From an uncultured Bacteroides sp. (GTDB lineage: Bacteria > Bacteroidota > Bacteroidia > Bacteroidales > Bacteroidaceae): a DNA stretch of 64,000 bases. Below are positions 60,730-64,000 of this stretch, piece by piece (position 1 is the stretch's first letter; every line of letters begins with the position of its first letter). The stretch is taken from NCBI GenBank assembly GCA_963677095.1, contig OY781875.1:1189586-1253585 (forward strand), given 5' to 3'. The notes beneath the pieces were generated by a model. It worked only from the letters and a program-made list of their open reading frames with translations, searched no databases and was not told the origin of the DNA. The translations under genes and the position numbers were made by a program.

Positions 60730-61680
60730 ATGAAAAGACTGCTCTATCTGCTCCTATTGCTTTTAATGCTGTTCGCTTCCTGTCAGTCGAAGCGGGCATT
60801 AGTGGCTTCCGATTTGCAAAACCGGACGGGAAGTGCATTGCAGCTGAAGAAATCGGACGGTCGGGTGAAGCTATATCTGCCGGATACTTTGCTTGTGACC
60901 TCTTTTAGAAAAGGACTTTCATCACGTTATAAGGGTATCAGTCGCATCCGCAATTACCACTTTTTTCATCGGGATGTTCCAACTGGATTTGACGGGTTCC
61001 GTATCGCTTTCATTTCCGATTTGCATTACAAAAGTTTGTTTAAGGAAAAAGGGCTGAATAGCTTGATACGTTTACTCAATGATGAGCATGTAGATGCCTT
61101 ACTGATGGGGGGCGACTATCAGGAAGGTTGTGAGTATGTCCACCCGTTGATCTCTGCGCTTGCTAAAGTAAACACAACAAAGGGGATATATGCGGTGATG
61201 GGAAACAATGACTATGAGCGATGCCATGAACTGATTATTGATGAAATGCAACGCAACGGCATTCACGTGCTGGAGCATAAAGTCGATACGTTGAGACGTA
61301 ACGGGCAGCAGATCATAATAGCAGGTGTTCGTAATCCTTTTGACTTGAAAGAGAATGGTAAGTCTCCAACCTTAGGACTCTCTCCGACTGACTTTGTCAT
61401 TTTATTGACGCATACTCCTGATTATGCTGAAGACGTGCCGATTACCCATACAGACTTGGCATTGGCGGGTCATACACATGGCGGTCAAATCACTTTATTC
61501 GGTTATGCACCGGTACTACCGTCGCATTACGGACAACGATTCCGTACGGGACTAAAGACCAACTCGAGTCACATACCTGTGATTATAACTAACGGTATAG
61601 GTACTTCCCGAAAAAACATGCGGTTGTTTGCCCCCAGTGAAGTCGTTATTATCGAATTGCACTATCCAAGGCTACCCTGA
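60730..61680 (+). CDS. Metallophosphoesterase (YkuE-like) with a lipoprotein signal
   Basis: Motifs FISDLH, GGDY, GNNDY, HTPD, GHTHGGQ and NGIG. N-terminal LFASC lipobox. Confidence 0.88.
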   Translation: MKRLLYLLLLLLMLFASCQSKRALVASDLQNRTGSALQLKKSDGRVKLYLPDTLLVTSFRKGLSSRYKGISRIRNYHFFHRDVPTGFDGFRIAFISDLHYKSLFKEKGLNSLIRLLNDEHVDALLMGGDYQEGCEYVHPLISALAKVNTTKGIYAVMGNNDYERCHELIIDEMQRNGIHVLEHKVDTLRRNGQQIIIAGVRNPFDLKENGKSPTLGLSPTDFVILLTHTPDYAEDVPITHTDLALAGHTHGGQITLFGYAPVLPSHYGQRFRTGLKTNSSHIPVIITNGIGTSRKNMRLFAPSEVVIIELHYPRLP

Positions 61681-61684
61681 TTTT

Positions 61685-61790
61685 TTCATTAAGGTAGGTC
61701 TTCTGGTATTTCATTTCTTGATAAAGACGTTTTGCAAGACCTGATTCTTCATTAAGGTAGGTTTTTGGTGTTCTAAGGTGGGGTTCTTGT
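61685..61790. repeat. Degenerate repeat array with 21-bp register between convergent genes
   Basis: TTCATTAAGGTAGGT occurs exactly at 61685 and 61748 (63 bp apart). TAAGGTGGGG lies 21 bp after the second copy. Inverted AAGACCT at 61736. Confidence 0.55.
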
Positions 61791-61823
61791 ACGAAACAGA
61801 CTTTGCGAAAGGCTTTTGCTGCA

Positions 61824-64000
61824 TCACAACAAATCTGCTTTTTCGGGCATGAATACGACTCCCTCTTTCTTCCTTCCATCCATTTTAACAATAATCGGTC
61901 GATCAAAATGTACATGCCTTAAATATTCCGTTTCATGAACTGCCGGTTGTGCATTGAGAAACTCCTGATTGTATATCCCATCATTCATAAAAGCATTAAT
62001 GGTAAAATAACCGACTCCGAATGAGGTTAAGTTTTGGAAAAAGTGAGTGCCTTGACTCGGGTCGACCCGATAATTGGTTAAGCCTGCTTCAACAATCACA
62101 CGGGCGGCCGAGATATGAGGCCACTTTACGGGTATGCCCAACCAAGTATCATTACTGCCCCAACGACCCGGTCCGACAAGTACATAATTCTTTTTATTAT
62201 TGAGAAATTCCATGTTCAACTTCTCTATTTCCCATGCAATTTCCTGATTGTGTGCGGCACTGTAATTATCGGTCTTTACATATACAATATCATAAATATC
62301 GTTCATAATGCCATGCCCCAACGAATTCTTCGAACGAAGCAGAAGCTTGTTGTCGGGGACAACTGATAAATCTTCATCCAGAATTTCCTTACTGTCCACT
62401 ATCGGGCGGATTTGCAAAAGGTAGAATGTCCCGCTTTTATCAACTTCCCGACTCATATTGACAGCAAACTCAATCTCCACCGGACGCTTCATCTCTTGTT
62501 GGCTATACTTTAAGACCATTTGAAGAATACGTGCCAAAGGGAATACATCATGCTGAAGTATGTTAGCGAACGTAATCACTTTCCGTCCTCCCGGATATAA
62601 TCCATCCCGGATAATCTGGTCATAAGGATCGTATGTGGAAGCAAGATACATTAGCGAGCCATCTTTCTCGGCCTCTTTTACATGTAATTTTAAGAGATTG
62701 AAGCCATCATCAATGGAAAAATCCTGTCCTATATTTTTCAGGTCCAACGCATAAAAACGGGTCTGGGTCTCTTTTAATGCTATCTCCATCTCGCTGGTCT
62801 GTAATATTTGATGGGGGTGATACGGAGAGAATCGCAGTGTGATACCCCCATCCACAATGTATTTTCCTAATCCGAGTGCCAGGTTCACAATGCCTTCTTC
62901 TGCCAGCTCGTTCCCAATAGGGTAGTAATTCAGCGAACGAGCTACCCCCGACATGGATGGATAATAGCGGTCGTTGTATGAGTTTCCTACAACCTCTTGA
63001 AGAATAACCGCCATCTTCTCCTGATCGATAACGTTGCTGGTAGCCTGCATATACGCCTTGCTGTCTTTGAAGTACACCGAAGCATATACTCCTTTAATAG
63101 CATCGGATAGCATGCGAAGCATTTCGTATTTATCGTCAAGATACGGAATCATGTACGTATTGTATATTCCGGCAAAAGGCTGATAATGGGAGTCTTCCAA
63201 TAGCGAGGATGACCTGATGGCAATCGGTGACTTTACCACATCGAATAGCGTGAAGAAATCTTCCACGAGTCTGTCCGGCAATTTTGCCTTAAGGAAATAG
63301 CGTAAGATGGTGTCGTCGTCTGCATCCGAAAGCGCTATCTGGTACAAGTTATTTGTATCCATAAACTCATCGAAGACGTCCGTACAGAGTACGACTGTCT
63401 TGGGGATGGCGATATGTGCATTTTCAAACTCTTCAAAGTCCGGGTGATGCTTTACCATATTATCAATAAAAGCCAAACCACGTCCCTTACCACCTAAAGA
63501 GCCGTCGCCTATCCGTGCAAAATTGGAATAACGGTCGAAGCGGTCGCGCTTGAATACTGCTACCACCCCCTGGTTTTTCATCTTGCGATACTTGACGATG
63601 GCTTCGAAGATAATCTTTCTGTGCGCATCAACGTCCTGTAGGCTATTCCAAGTAATCGGTTTTAAAAACTCCGCCACCGGAAACATAGCCCGCGAATATA
63701 GCCAACGGCTAATGTGATTGCGACTGATGTGATAAAGAAAAGACTCCGCCGGTACCGCAAAGATGATATTCTGCAATTCTTTGAGGTTCTTTACGCGAGC
63801 GATTTCTTCCAACGTATCCGGATTACGGAATACAAAATCTCCGAAGCCAAGATTCTCAGATACAGCTCTTCGCAAATCCACATCCATTTTCTTGGAGTTC
63901 TTGTCTATAAAGGCTGCTCCGTACTTTGCCGCGTATGCGGTATTCTCTATTTCCGACGATTGAATAATAAGAGGGACGAAAGGATCCTGATTGCGTATCT
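61824..64000 (-). CDS. PEP/pyruvate-binding (PPDK_N, PEP-synthase-like) protein, 5' end beyond the window
   Basis: Motifs GSLGGKGRGL, AIRSSSLLEDS, FAGIY.TY and LLQIRP. The frame is open to the window edge. Confidence 0.85.
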   Translation of the reverse strand, partial: IRNQDPFVPLIIQSSEIENTAYAAKYGAAFIDKNSKKMDVDLRRAVSENLGFGDFVFRNPDTLEEIARVKNLKELQNIIFAVPAESFLYHISRNHISRWLYSRAMFPVAEFLKPITWNSLQDVDAHRKIIFEAIVKYRKMKNQGVVAVFKRDRFDRYSNFARIGDGSLGGKGRGLAFIDNMVKHHPDFEEFENAHIAIPKTVVLCTDVFDEFMDTNNLYQIALSDADDDTILRYFLKAKLPDRLVEDFFTLFDVVKSPIAIRSSSLLEDSHYQPFAGIYNTYMIPYLDDKYEMLRMLSDAIKGVYASVYFKDSKAYMQATSNVIDQEKMAVILQEVVGNSYNDRYYPSMSGVARSLNYYPIGNELAEEGIVNLALGLGKYIVDGGITLRFSPYHPHQILQTSEMEIALKETQTRFYALDLKNIGQDFSIDDGFNLLKLHVKEAEKDGSLMYLASTYDPYDQIIRDGLYPGGRKVITFANILQHDVFPLARILQMVLKYSQQEMKRPVEIEFAVNMSREVDKSGTFYLLQIRPIVDSKEILDEDLSVVPDNKLLLRSKNSLGHGIMNDIYDIVYVKTDNYSAAHNQEIAWEIEKLNMEFLNNKKNYVLVGPGRWGSNDTWLGIPVKWPHISAARVIVEAGLTNYRVDPSQGTHFFQNLTSFGVGYFTINAFMNDGIYNQEFLNAQPAVHETEYLRHVHFDRPIIVKMDGRKKEGVVFMPEKADLL

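Noticed and set aside
61649-61915. 88-aa ORF with a repeated KTYLNE peptide
   Set aside because: It overlaps both neighbouring genes, and the repeat is explained by the DNA repeat array.

Overview
A 64-kb stretch of mostly core chromosome from an AT-rich Bacteroides-like gut anaerobe (Bacteroidales). The assignment rests on protein families, gene order and repeated TAnnTTTG -7 promoter boxes. It holds about 46 protein genes: mgsA, folB, malQ, class II nrdJ, dnaA, envelope genes (MCE, amidase, LptD-like), ung, asnA, pgi-gpsA-lysS, methylmalonyl-CoA mutase mutAB, a glycogen cluster, panCD, an NfnAB/GltD-like fusion, serS, rpmA-rplU, cca, ppk1, rfbAB, menA and a PEP-synthase-like gene cut by the window edge. 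It also holds one tRNA-Arg(CCG). I see no rRNA, CRISPR array, prophage, integrase or intact transposase, and no clear-cut new multi-gene system. The best leads are: (1) a glycogen cluster with two apparent pseudoenzymes plus a surface lipoprotein; (2) a ~100-bp MITE-like element present twice, each time just after a stop codon; (3) three intergenic arrays with 21-22-bp periodicity; (4) a structured leader before rplU; (5) a perfect 18-bp inverted repeat made from the coding 3' ends of the nitroreductase gene and dnaA; (6) a decayed LOG+NUDIX pair behind the tRNA; (7) a GT4+flippase-like glycolipid pair; (8) a one-base frameshift in mutA. All family assignments were made by eye from motifs, with no database searches.
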